In this document: in pieces, positions 1-12,474 of the stretch
How positions within the stretch are numbered: the first letter of the stretch is position 1
How the letters are laid out: each line of letters begins with the position of its first letter
NCBI RefSeq assembly: GCF_006345805.1
Contig: NW_021834674.1
Coordinates: forward strand, 8,645-72,644
Length of the DNA stretch: 64,000 nucleotides
Direction of reading: 5' to 3'
From: Octopus sinensis
Lineage: Eukaryota
The notes under the pieces: model-generated
The model's database searches: none
Told to the model about the DNA's origin: nothing
What the model saw: only the letters and a program-made list of their open reading frames with translations
Program-made: the position numbers and the translations under genes

Positions 1-299
1 AATAGTGTAGTAGTGAGGTAGGCATAGAGAATGGGTTTGGGTTACTGCAAGTTGTTTGTTAATCTTTTTTTACATAAGTTATTTCTATGGTAACGTAATT
101 TTGGTTTGATTTTTTAACGGCTAAGAATTTAATTTCACTTCATAATTGCACTGAATTGTAAGTATTATTTATTTACCTTTTGTCATATTGGTATTTTGAT
201 TCTTTTTATTACGATGTATTTAATGTTGTTTTGTTTTCATAGTGAGTGTTTATGTTATATGATATTGTGTGTGTGAGTTTTTAGTTGTATAATTTATTT

Positions 300-1230
300 A
301 TCTGTATGAGTGTGGGTGGTGGTAATATGTTTTTTTATATAGTTTTTTTGGTTTATCATGGTTTTTTATTGGAATCGTAGTAATTTGGTCTATTTTCGAT
401 GTTAGTTGTTTTTTATTATATTGTTTCATTCATAATTTTTTTGAGTGGTGTTCGTTTTGCCACGTGAATTTTATTTTTAATTCCATTTATTCCATTTCTC
501 CATTCATTAATTTAGAGATGTTCGTTTCCAGAGCGGTTTACTTTTATATATATGTTAAGTTCCTTGGTAAAGTAATTTTGTTTGGTTATATGTTGAGGCT
601 TATATGTACTTCTGGGTGTGTGTGAGTGGGGTGGGAGTTTGTATTTGTTATGGGTGTGTGGTTTACGAGTGGTTTTGTGTGTGAATGTATAGGTTAAAGG
701 AATTGCTATATAAGTATGTTTTAGTGTTTAGTAAAGGGAGGTTTTATCATTTCTGTTTTGTGAGTTTTAGTTTATCATGGTAGTTTTATAAAAGAATCCA
801 TTCATAATTTTTGTGTTTATTTGTCTGTGTGGGGTTGAGTGGGTTTTTGGAGTATATGTTGAGGTTTATATGTATGTATTGGTATGTGTAAGTGGTGTGG
901 GTATTTGAATATGTCGTGGGTGTGTGGTTTACGTGTGTGTATTTGTGTGTGAATGTTTAGGTTAGGGGGATTGCTATATAGGTTTGTTATAGAGTTTAGT
1001 AAAGGGAGATTTTATCATTATATGTTTTTATGAGTTTCGGTTATCATGGTAGGTTTGATAAGGAATTTGTAGTAATTTGTGTCTATTTGCGATGTCTGTT
1101 GTTTTATTGCATTGTTTCATTCATAATTTTTAAGTAGTGTTCGTTTTACCAAGTGAATATAATTTTTAATTCCATTTATTCCATTTCTCCGTTCATAGTT
1201 TGAGTGATGTCCGTTTTCTAGAGCGTGAAT
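300..1230. repeat. Degenerate G/T-rich, C-poor tandem duplication
   Basis: About 350-540 matches about 1040-1230 (shared ttccatttattccatttctcc, attgtttcattcataattttt). About 590-800 matches about 858-1060 (gttgagg.ttatatgt, gtttagtaaagggag.ttttatcatt). Confidence 0.6.
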
Positions 1231-1695
1231 GAATGTGGGTTGTATGTGTGTGTGTGTGGGAGTATGAATAAGTATTGTGTTGAAGTATTTAGCTATTTTA
1301 TTTATTTATAGTTGCCTAGACATTTTATGTGTATGTATAGGGATATATATATAGTGTGTGATTTAGTGTATGTAGTTAGATATGGTTATATATAATTAGG
1401 TATATGCGTATGGGTGTATATATAGTTTATTATTATATTATTATTATTATTTTTTTTTTTTTTTTTTTTTTTGTTTTGTTTTATATTTTATATTTTATTT
1501 TATATTTTATATTTTATATTTTATATTTAATTGTTGATAGGTTTTTTTAGTTTATATATTGTTTATATATTGTTTATATATGGATTATAGATAGGTTATA
1601 TATGGATTATATACTTATATTTTTTCATTCATACTTTAATTATTTTAAAATTATTATTTTTATATTTTAAAATATTGATTTCTTAGATTGGAAGT

Positions 1696-1738
1696 CCACC
1701 TGAAGATTGTCGATCAAGACAAGAAACGATTGTAGTGG
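1696..1738 (+). ncRNA. Type I hammerhead ribozyme motif, Penelope-terminal type
   Basis: ccac-CTGAAGA-ttgtc(gatcaa)gacaa-GAAA-c(gatt)g-TA-gtgg. Stem I is ccac/gtgg, stem II is 5 bp, stem III is minimal, and the cleavage triplet is GUA. Confidence 0.7.
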
Positions 1739-2015
1739 CGGTTTTTATGACTATTTATTAAAATTTTATGTATTAATTAAGTCTTTCCTTGTTTGTTTTG
1801 CAAAATAGTGGTTTTGTCTCGAATAATATTTTATAATATTTTACTATAAAATCGATTTAATCCTAAATCTGATTTTTTCCCTGTAAATTTGGATTTATTC
1901 CCTAATATTTATTATATATTATATATATATAATATATATATATATATGTATATATAGATATATACATATACATGAATATATACGTATATATAATTCTGAT
2001 AACTGTGTGTGCGTT

Positions 2016-2052
<37 letters not shown>

Positions 2053-2061
2053 ATATATATA

Positions 2062-5000
2062 TGGACCCGACGCACAAACAGAAACGGGGCCTCAAGCCAA
2101 CACACAAACCTGAATAACAATAAAAATAGAAGCACACCATGCTGCAGTAATGCTGGTCCAGTCTTTTCAGGAAGACACAGAAACAACAACAACAAAAGTG
2201 GAAACTACAACCCTATCCAACAGTGCAACCACACCTCCAGCCAAAAACTGCTCGCTAAGCAGGAAAATTCTTTTTTAGCCATGTTGAACATGGCAAAAGA
2301 GATACACAAAAACATTCTAGCCATCACTCAACACCATCCTATGCTATTACCCCAGTGCACCAATTCCCCACATTGCTGCCACTAACACACACAAAAAATC
2401 CAAGCCCCCTGCAACAGTCAAAACCAGCCACTACACTAACCTCCACATTCCTACTCAATGCACAAGGTGTCAGCCCTTCCATCAATAACAAAAATGGAAG
2501 GTCCAATTCATTGAAGACTGGGTTGGTAACCATTCACACCACATCCCTTTCTTCATTCTCACTGAGACCCACCTTGACAACTCCCACTTGGAAGCCGAAG
2601 TGAGAGTGAAGAATTTCACAACCATCCGCGCGGATCGTATCGGCAGGAGGAAGGGTGGAACTGCCATTTTCCTGCATGATTCATTTACGGCAGATGGAAA
2701 TAGTATATTCTCCAACGGCTACTGTGAATCAGTCACCGTGCACAACAAAGCCAATGACCTGACAGTAATTGGGCTCTATAGGCCGCCCCCAAACACCCAT
2801 ACTGTGCTTTAAAGAATGCCTCAACAGCATTAAGTGCTTTATCAACAGTGCCATTCTAGCAACATACTCATGATGGGAGACTTCAATCTACCCTGTGTTG
2901 ACTGGACTACAAACTGTTTGAAACCAAGCACTCCCGCCTCAACCGCTGACAAAGAAGCAGCAAAGTCACTTTTCGACTTTACGAATGAGTTTTTCTTGTC
3001 CCAACTTGTCCTTGCACCAACAAGACATCAGAACATTTTGGACCTAGTGTTTAGTAACCACACTAACACTATATAACGTTACAGTGGAAAAAACCCTTCT
3101 TTCAGACCATGACATGGTTCTCTGTAACATGAAATTCCACCAGCCGAAAGCTAATCCTAGTGACCTTCCTCCAGCCCACCCATTTGACAACATGGATCTC
3201 CATAAAGCCAACTGGGATGCAATCAGGAACGAGCTATCAAATGTTGACTGGTCCTTTACATACATACACATCTCCACCAACCATAAAACATCTTGGCAGA
3301 TCTTTGTAGACACCGTCACAGACATATGTGCAAAACACTCCCCACCAAGACCTGTGAACAAAAAGTGCAGAATCCCCCAAAACAGAAAAACCATTATCAG
3401 AAAAATAAAAAGAACAAACAAAAAAATTAACAAACTAAAGTACTGCCAACAGCAACACACACATTCGACGGCTATCGCACTGCTTGAATCCAAAAAATAT
3501 AACCTCCAACAATGCATGAAGACCCTCATCAATAACCAAAGATCAGCTGAGGAGAAGTGGGCCATTGAAAAAATCAAACTCAACCCCAAAATGTTCTTTT
3601 CATTTGCGAGGAAACGCGCAGGGTCACTGTCTCCACTGTAGGCCCTCTAATTGACGAAACTGGCACTCTCCAAGATAATGCCAAATCCATGGCCGAGATA
3701 CTGCAGAAACAATACTGCTCTGTTTTCAGCAATCCTGATATGGCCGATCTGGGCTGTATCAGTGATGTCAACCCCCAACACACTATATCGGACATAACGT
3801 TTAGTGCCCCTGATGTCTTAGCGGCGATAAACGAAATAAAACACAATTCAGCAGTAGGCCCCGATAGGTTCCCTGCTTGTGTCCTGAAGGTGTGTCGACA
3901 CCAACTTGCATCTCCCCTTGCTAATCTGTGGAGAAACTCACTGGATGCTGGCTATATTCCAAAAAACCTTCTGTCCCAGTCTGTTGTCCCAGTTTTCAAA
4001 AAGGGAAACAAGTCCCTTGCAGTGAATTACCGTCCGATCTCACTCACCTCTCATATCATCAAGGTATTTGAGAGGGTGGTGAGATCTCGAATAACCCAAT
4101 TTCTGGAAAGCAACAGACGGCTGATCTCCAACCAACATGGTTTCCGTAATGGAAGGGACTGCCTAACGCAGCTCCTGCATCACTTTGAGGACATTTTGAG
4201 AGCTTTGGGAGAGGGCTCCAACACCGATGTCATCTACCTTGATTTCAGTAAGGCCTTCGACAGGGTCGATCACAAGATCCTATTGAAAAAAATAAACATT
4301 GGTGTCTCTGGAAAAGTTACTGAAATGGATTAAGTGTTTCCTGACAGACAGATCTCAACATGTTGTAGTTGAAGGGGTAAAATCAAGCCCAGCCAAAGTC
4401 AGTAGTGGCGTTCCGCAAGGCACTGTGCTGGGCCCACTTCTTTTCATCATTTACATTAATGACATTAATGACATCATCAAGCACAGCAACATAAAAATCT
4501 TTGCAGATGACTCCAAGCTACAGAAGGTCATAAATGAGGCGAGTGACCGGACATGCCTTCAGTCAGATCTACTGGCTGTTATCCAATGGGCAGAAAAAAA
4601 ACATATGCTGCTGAACGAGGATAAATTTGAGCTAATCCACTTTGGAAAAGAGGATGCCCTGAAACTCCCATACTCCCTTCCTTCAGGTGAAACTCTCGCG
4701 GCGTCCAACAACATCAGAGACTTGGGAGTAATTGTGGACAACAACGTAAGCTGGGCCACTCATATAAACACCAAAGTTGACATGGCCCGCAGAATGTGTT
4801 CCTGGATTCTCAGAACTTTCCAGTCGAGAGATATCCACACCATTATCCTTCTCTTCTCCACTTTTGCCCGACCCCACCTTGAATACTGTTGTCCACTGTG
4901 GTCTCCCCACACAATACAAAGTATCATAAAAGTTGAAGCACCTCAAAGGGCAATCACAAAAAAGATAGATGGCATGACAGGCCTCGACTATTGGGGTCGA

Positions 5001-5476
5001 CTAGAAAAGCTAAAACTCTATTCTCTCCAACGTCGTCGTGAGCGCTACATCATCTGCATGATGTGGAAAATATTCCATCAGCATTGCCCAAATGATGTTG
5101 GCATCACCTTTAAGGTACATCCAAGGCTTGGGCCCCGTGCCATCCGCCCAAAACAAAAATCGCACTCTCATCTCATAACAACAATACGGCACAATATTTC
5201 ACCTCAATTGGCCCCGCTCTCTTTAACATTACACCAAAACACATTAAAACAGAAACTGACCCTATAGGGTTCAAGAAGTCTTTGGACAGATTCCTTCAAG
5301 AAATCCCGGATAAACCCCCTACACCCGGATATGTCTCTGTAAACAATAACTCTCTACTTGAGTGGGCCATAGTGCCCAAATTCTGACTTGAAAGACTTCA
5401 CCAGGTGGTGCTATTAAGTTAGACATGGCCTGGGCCAATAATGGCCGAAACCTATCAAAGTATCAAAGTATCAAAG
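2062..5476 (+). mobile_element. 5'-truncated CR1-type LINE with frameshifted ORF2 (APE endonuclease + reverse transcriptase)
   Basis: APE motifs LNAQG, RADRIGRRKGG, LYRPP, GDFNLP, LDLVF, SDHD. RT motifs YRPISLTSH, QHGFR, YLDFSKAFD, GVPQGTVLGPLLF, FADD. These are split over several frames. The 3' tail is (TATCAAAG)3 and both flanks are (TA)n. Confidence 0.92.
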
Positions 5477-5485
5477 TATATAAAT

Positions 5486-5516
<31 letters not shown>

Positions 5517-5597
5517 CCATACATATATACACACACACAGATATATCACAATTTGTAAAATAGTACTTAGATTAGTTCAAGTTAATTTCAGTTCCGC

Positions 5598-5843
5598 GGA
5601 TGCAAACAGTCTCATACAGTTACGCATACACACACACACACATACACACACAAAACCCTCTTACTTTTCTTTCTCCCGCCCTCTCTCTCTCTCTCTATTA
5701 CTTTCTTTCCCCTCTCTCATTTACACTCTTCCACTATCAACGCTCATCTTTGACTGCTGACGCAAACTTTTCATATCGCATTCATATAATGAGAAATAAA
5801 GACGTCAATCTATATCTACACACACACGCACATACAAACACGC

Positions 5844-5921
<78 letters not shown>

Positions 5922-6122
5922 GCATAATTGTGTGCGGTGTGTTCCTATACTTCATGAATGGTAAATAAACAAATGACGCAAAATATATATTAATGTAGGA
6001 GTTTATATTTTTATATATGTGCGTGTATGTGTGTGTGTTTGCATTTATGTATGTAAGAGCTTGTATGTATATATTATGTATTTGTAAATGCACGTTGGGA
6101 TATTTCAGATTTATTGCATATG

Positions 6123-6160
<38 letters not shown>

Positions 6161-6341
6161 CATATATGCATTCATAGACACACATACACACATACACACA
6201 CACATATATAAGTTATTTGGAATGTGTTCACTTGTCGAATGTCAGGTTGACTTTTGTTTCACATTACAACTTGTTACGTCATTTGTTTATTTGCCATACA
6301 TTTTTCATTGAAGTAGCGGAACACAACGCACACAATTATGC

Positions 6342-6404
<63 letters not shown>

Positions 6405-6628
6405 TGTGTGTGTGTAGATATAGATTGGCGTCTTTGTTTCTCATTATATGAAAGCGATATGAAAAGTTTGCGTCAGCAGTCAAAGATGGGCGGTGCTAGT
6501 GGAAGAGTGTAAATGAGAGAGGGGAAAGAAAGTGATAGAAAGAGAGAGGGGAGGAGAAAGAAGAAGAAGAGGGTTTTGTGTGTTTGTATGTGTGTGTGTA
6601 TGCGTAAATGTATGAGACTGTTTGCATA
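5598..6628. repeat. Inverted repeat of about 370-390 bp (arms about 5598-5985 and 6270-6628); a further direct copy lies at about 9360-9700
   Basis: tgcaaacagtctcata...ctttgactgctgacgcaaacttttcatatcgc...aaataaacaaatgacg appears reverse-complemented at 6270-6628. Confidence 0.85.
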
Positions 6629-7031
6629 TGTTTATATATGTGCGTGCATGTGTGTTTCTATGTAGATTTGCGTCTTTTGTGCCATTTCATGGAAGGCATC
6701 AGCAAGGCAATCATTTTTTATCATGGTTGAAAGTTTTTGGTAAATTTCTTCTAATATTTCAGATTTCAGTGATACGGCACACACACACACACACACATAT
6801 GTGCATAAATGTATGATATCTATATATACATATACATATATATGTATATAGATATATTCATATACATGAATATATACGTATATATAATTCTGATAATTGT
6901 GTGTGCGTGTTTATATATATATATATACATACATATACACACACACAGATATCACAATTTGTAAAATAGTACTTAGATTATTTCAGATTTCAGGGATGCG
7001 GCACACACACACACATAAATGTGCATGAATG

Positions 7032-7104
<73 letters not shown>

Positions 7105-8147
7105 GGGCGTGCACTATCAGGTATGCAAGGTATGCGTTGCATGCCCTGTGATTTTCCATATGATCGGAAAATTAGATAAAATAGTTACTTTGTTTCAAAG
7201 AAAATCCGTCCAGTTGTATTTTTCTCCCCTTCTCTCTCAGTGACTCTTTTTCTGCTTTTAGAAGTCATGCATTGACAAGACCAGCATGTTAGACACTCCC
7301 TCTCTGTCTCAGTTTGTTCTTCCTTCCTCTCTCTCTCACTCTTAGCGACTTGTTTAAAAGACATGCTAAGGGGATAGGGCATTTGAAATATTTTTACTCC
7401 CTTCCTCTTTCTCTTAGTGGCTATGCTGTGAGAAGATCCGCATGACCTCCCTCTCTGTTTCTTAGTTTGTCCCTCCTTCCTCTCTCTCTCTCTTAGTAAA
7501 TTGATAAAGCAGATGCTAGGAGGAAAGGTCGTTCATAATATCTTGTACCCCCTTCCTCTTTCTCTCAGTGGCATGTCATGCTATGAGCTGACCGCATGAT
7601 ACCCACTTTCTGTATCTTTTTGTTTTGTTGAAATTGACTTACAATTTACGCCGGCGCTTCCACGTGTGTTCGTATATAAGAACAGCCTTTTACGAAATGA
7701 GTGAAATGTGCGTTATAAACGATATTTTGAGAAATAGTTTTTCGAAAGGAGAATTCGATTGAAAATAATTAATTATATCGGTGGGAGACCAACACCGAAA
7801 AGGGCTAATGCATTAGATAACATTGTTAAAAAAAAAGATTTCCGAAGGCAACAGCCTCACGGCTTATTATTACCACAAAGGAAAATTATCATTTCATAAT
7901 CAGCCTTTTTGAGCACATCATTGAAACTCCTGAAGCATGGGATGATACCACCATAAATTCAGCAATTGGATCCTTCCAAACTTTAAAAGCTCCTGATTTC
8001 TTATTTTTGTTAGAAGTATTCAGTAAGATTTTTTCTTTTTTCATATTTAACATCCTCCAGAGTAAAAGTCATGACATAGTGTATTGTAAATATCAAATAG
8101 ATAAAACTAGAACTGTACTCGAAAACAAACTTGATAATTTTTCAATC

Positions 8148-8466
8148 TCTTTTACTTGTTTCAGTCATTTGAATGCGGCCATGGTCGAGCACCGCCTTTA
8201 GTCGAGCAACTCGACCCCGGGACTTATTCTATCGGTCTATTTTGCCGAACCGCTAAGTAACGGGGACATAAACACACCAGCATCGGTTGCCAAGCAATGC
8301 TAGGGGGACAAACACAGACGCACAAACACACACACGCATATATATACATATATACCACGGGCTTCTTTCAGTTTCCGTCTACCAAATCCACTCACAAGGC
8401 TTTGGTCGGCCCGACACTATAGTAGAAGACCCTTGCCCAAGGTGCCACGCAGTGGAACTGAACCCG
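8148..8466 (-). mobile_element. tRNA-derived octopus-type SINE nested in the hAT element
   Basis: Minus strand reads ggttcagttccactgcgtggcaccttgggcaagggtcttctactatag...gactgaaacaagtaaaaga, a family repeated many times in this window. It interrupts the transposase remnant. Confidence 0.85.
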
Positions 8467-8684
8467 GGGGGGGGGGTATGGAGTCGATGCAGGAATCGGA
8501 ATTCAGAGATCCAAGAATATATCTTTTGAGCCCCAACGACATTATAAAATGCTTTATAACAAAATTATCAGTACAATAGTTGACCAAATAAAAGCACGAT
8601 ATTCATCCTTAGAAGAGTTTAAATTCATGGAACTTTCGAATTTCAACAAATTTGATGAGTATTGCAAACAATTTAAAAATCATA

Positions 8685-8936
8685 GGTACTATTTAAGAAG
8701 AGTGGTCTCGGTGCGCGCACCCGAGCATCCACGCCAGCTAGTCGTGACTAGTCGATCCTTACTTTGTGTTTTATTTACTTTGTTTAAAACATTATTTACT
8801 TTGTGTTTTTGTGTTTTATATATTTTGTTTAAAAATTTTATTTAGTTTGCTAGATAGTCGTAGGATCGACTAGTCACGACTAGCCAGCGCGGATGCGCGA
8901 GCGCGCGCAACGGGACCACTTTTCTTAAATAGTACC
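8685..8936. mobile_element. MITE-like element of 252 bp with TIRs of about 75 bp
   Basis: ggtactatttaagaagagtggtc...ctagtcgtgactagtcgatcct is mirrored by aggatcgactagtcacgactag...gaccacttttcttaaatagtacc. No TSD could be identified. Confidence 0.8.
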
Positions 8937-9098
8937 AAGGCGACGTTTTTTTTTATTCTAGGTCATACGGGGTTGATTGCATATTCAGAATCTCCCATAT
9001 GTAAATCGTAGGAATTCCAAAGTTTTTTCCTGAAAAATTGTCGGGGGGGGGGCAAAGAAATTCATTGCATGTCCAGTCCCGGAAGTCACCGCACGCCA

Positions 9099-9155
<57 letters not shown>

Positions 9156-9214
9156 TTAGATATATACATATACATGAATATATACGTATATATTATTCTG
9201 ATAACTGTGTGCGT

Positions 9215-9272
<58 letters not shown>

Positions 9273-9789
9273 CATACATACATATACACACACATACAGA
9301 GATATCACAATTTGTAAAATTGTACTTAGATTATTTCAAGTTAATTTCAGTTTCGCGGATGCAAACAGTCTCATACATTTACGCATACACACACACAAAC
9401 ACACACAAAACCCACTACATCTTCTTTCTCCCGCCCTCCCTCTCTCTTTCTATCACTTTCTTTCCCCTTTCTCATTTACACTCTTCCACTAGCACCGCCC
9501 ATCTTTGACTGCTGACGCAAACTTTTCATATCGCTTTCATATAATGAGAAACAAAGACGCCAATCTATATCTACACACACAAACACACACACAAACAGAC
9601 ATATATATATATATATGCATAATTGTGTGCGTTGTGTTCCGCTACTTCAATGAAAAAATGTATGGTAAATAAACAAATGACGTAACATATATATATATAT
9701 ATGCGCAAATATATATATAAACATTCACTAACTCTTACGAACAGAGGTGAAACCATTTCTTTGGTAAGTTACGATTTTCATTATATTAT

Positions 9790-10075
9790 ATCGGCCTTCT
9801 ATTGGCCATCGTCAAGCCTCCTCAACGGCATTTAGGATGGTAGCATAATTTCGGGCAAATATTAAGGTTTTATCCAAAAGTATTTGTGATATTGACGGGT
9901 AATCATTTGATACTGTTTTATAATTTAGAGTTGAGGAATTATGTATGATATTTGAATTGGACGGGTAGATGTCTACACTTTATTGTTAATAGGACATCTG
10001 AAGAAGGCTGGAGAATTCCTCAGCCGAAACGTTGTAGTAACAACTAACAAGATGAGGACACCTGTCCGTCGATTG
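9790..10075 (+). mobile_element. Penelope-like terminal remnant with a degenerate hammerhead motif
   Basis: acat-CTGAAGA-aggctg(gagaattcct)cagcc-GAAA-cgttgtagt at about 9994-10038. Stem I pairs poorly. Confidence 0.5.
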
Positions 10076-10084
10076 TAATTATTC

Positions 10085-10290
10085 TTATCTACTCTAGTCA
10101 CAAAGCCCGAAATTTTGGGGTAGAGCCCAATTGATTAGATCGACCCCACTATGCAACGGGTACTTACTGTTTCAAACCCGAAAGGATGAAAGGTAAAGTC
10201 GAAATCGGCGAAATTTTGAACTCATAACGTAAAAACAGAACGCTAAGCATTTTGCCCTGCGTGCAAACGTTTCTGCCAACTCGGCGCCTT
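10085..10290 (-). mobile_element. SINE (second octopus-type family)
   Basis: Minus strand reads ggcgccgagttggcagaaacgtttgcacgc...tgagttcaaaatttcgccgatttcgactttacctttcatcctttcggg. Confidence 0.7.
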
Positions 10291-11181
10291 GTCAATTGTA
10301 AATATTGCAATAATTTGACATGTCAAACTGAAGGAAATTCGTGCGTCTATGGTGGAAAGAGGGAAACCAAAAATAACATCTCAAGTGCAATTCCATAGCG
10401 GGAGCTCAACGTTATTCCTGACACGGTGTATAATACGGTCAACAATGCATTAACTAATTCGACCCAAGTCGGATTTTCTGGGGCAAATGAGTCGGATGGA
10501 AAGCCTAGAATAGAAGATATAACCTCCCTCTCATACCCTTATCTGATATCGAACCGCTTAAGTCCATCCTTTTTTCACTAATTTAACTTGGACATAAACT
10601 AATCCACTTTCTACCACTCTCACCTTTAATACCATCAGTGGTCTTATGATCTTGAAATCTATTTTCTCCATCCTGCAACTATTCTCTGTCTAAACATCCC
10701 TAACTCCCCTTCCTAATAAATATAGCCCTCTATGAAATCAATCAGTCTTTACCCTCTGTCATGTCAACATTTTAAATGCGAAATTTTTAATATAAAATTC
10801 TTCCCCTGGAGAGGTGATGTTATCAAACAATGGACCCTGATATATGTCATATATCAGGACCACAAAGATCCCTAAAACGGCCGTAGAACACTTAAAACTC
10901 TACCTATTCTCTTTGTGATACTGTTTTATCTGAAAATTAGACTATGTCTTCTTAATATCCATACACATTTACCTTTTTGTTTTCGATTCAATGTATCTTC
11001 ATATATGTAAATGTAAATAAATATCTAATTTGCTTGTCGTTTCTTTACATATCTAAAGTCTCAAGTTCTAATCTCTTCAGCACTTCGAAGTGTTTCTATA
11101 TATAGTGAACACCTTTATTTAAAGTAGAAAATAATATATATGAATATGTATGTATATATATAAACACATATACATACGCAC

Positions 11182-11223
<42 letters not shown>

Positions 11224-11236
11224 ATATTTATATTAA

Positions 11237-11563
11237 GGGCATTACTATATAGAAATGCCTCGCGCTAAGGGGGACTCTTGAAGTCAACACTACTATAATA
11301 ACCACATTGTATCAAACGCAAGAATACATGTGTTCGTCTGGTAAATTGATTTTTGATAATTTTTATATGTCTTGACTAAGGTTGCGCCGATGAGTGAAAA
11401 GTGCATTTTCTGCACTAATTACGAAATCATATTCAGCTAAGTCTGTTTCTGGAGGCTCGCTTTGAGAGTTGCATTCCCTCGCGGTTTGTACAATATGGGC
11501 ATTATAGTAGTTTTGACTTCAAGAGACCCTCCTAGCGTGAGGCATTTATGTATAGTAATGCCC
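11237..11563. mobile_element. MITE of 327 bp with TTAA TSD and GGG termini (Kolobok-like)
   Basis: ttaa|gggcattactatatagaaatgcctcgcgct...agcgtgaggcatttatgtatagtaatgccc|ttaa. The TIRs are about 75 bp and imperfect. Confidence 0.85.
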
Positions 11564-11717
11564 TTAATATATATAAATATATTCATAGGGAATAATTAAT
11601 AAGTTATCCCTTCTGAGGTTTTTCACAATAACTACTTAATAAATCCTCGTAAAAATTTTATCCTATATTTCAATTATATATATTTATTAGTAGCCCCAAA
11701 CTTACTTTGTTATATAT

Positions 11718-12042
11718 TAAAAAGACTCCGCCGGTTACGACGACGAGGGTCCCAGCTGATACGATCAACGGAACAGCTTGCTCGTGAAATTAACGTGCAA
11801 ATGGCTGAGCATTCCACAGACACGTGTACCCTTAACGTAGTTCTCGGGGATAATCAGCGTGACACAGAGAGTGACAAGGCTGACACTTTGAAATACAAGT
11901 ACAACTCATTTTTGCCAGCTGAGTGGACTGGAGCAACGTGAAATAAAGTGTCTTGCTCAAGGACACAACGCGTCGCCGGGAATCGAACTCACAACCTTAC
12001 GATCATGAGCCGAATGCCCTAACCACTAAGCCACGCGCCCTC
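11718..12042 (-). mobile_element. Full-length tRNA-derived SINE with 14-bp TSD
   Basis: A box TGGCTTAGTGG and B box GAGTTCGATTCCC on the minus strand. ACTTTGTTATATAT is duplicated at 11704-11717 and 12043-12056. Confidence 0.9.
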
Positions 12043-12474
12043 ACTTTGTTATATATATACACACACACACACACTTATGTATATATATATATTTTTTTTT
12101 TTTTACATATATGTATATATCTATGTATATGTGAGCGTGTGTATGTATATGTGTATGTGTTTCAGTTTATCCACTATGACCGCTTGGGAACAGGTTCCGA
12201 TTTTTTACGTCCCAGTAATTTGGCCGATCGGTATCTTGTTAAGTTCCTTACAACCACTTGAAACTTTTCAAATTTTTACCACATCATTTTCAAAGTATTT
12301 ACTTCTGATGCAGAATTGCCTGCCGCTGGCGATAATTGCATTCATGTTTTTCTTTTTTCTGGTAATTAATAATGAAGATATCAAAAGTATAATGTTTTAG
12401 CCTAAAGACACATGGAGAGTAAACCACGTAGAATATCCCTTTCATTCTTCTGCTAGTAGCAGAATAATTCAGGC

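Larger units (their letters stand above)
7102..9101 (+). mobile_element. Internally deleted hAT transposon (Tip100/ZMYM1-like)
   Basis: Terminal inverted repeats (TIRs) CAGGGGCGTGC ... GCACGCCACTG, with 8-bp ATATATAT on both sides. Transposase remnants FLFLLEVFSKIF...NILQSKSHDI and YNKIISTIVDQIKARYSSLEEFKF. Confidence 0.85.

Noticed and set aside
10836-10858. Perfect 11-bp palindrome cctgatatatg-t-catatatcagg
   Set aside because: Single, AT-rich and without supporting context; plausible by chance or local slippage.
11960-12042. tRNA-like heads of SINEs as tRNA genes
   Set aside because: A and B boxes are present but continue into SINE bodies with TSDs, and no full cloverleaf is evident.
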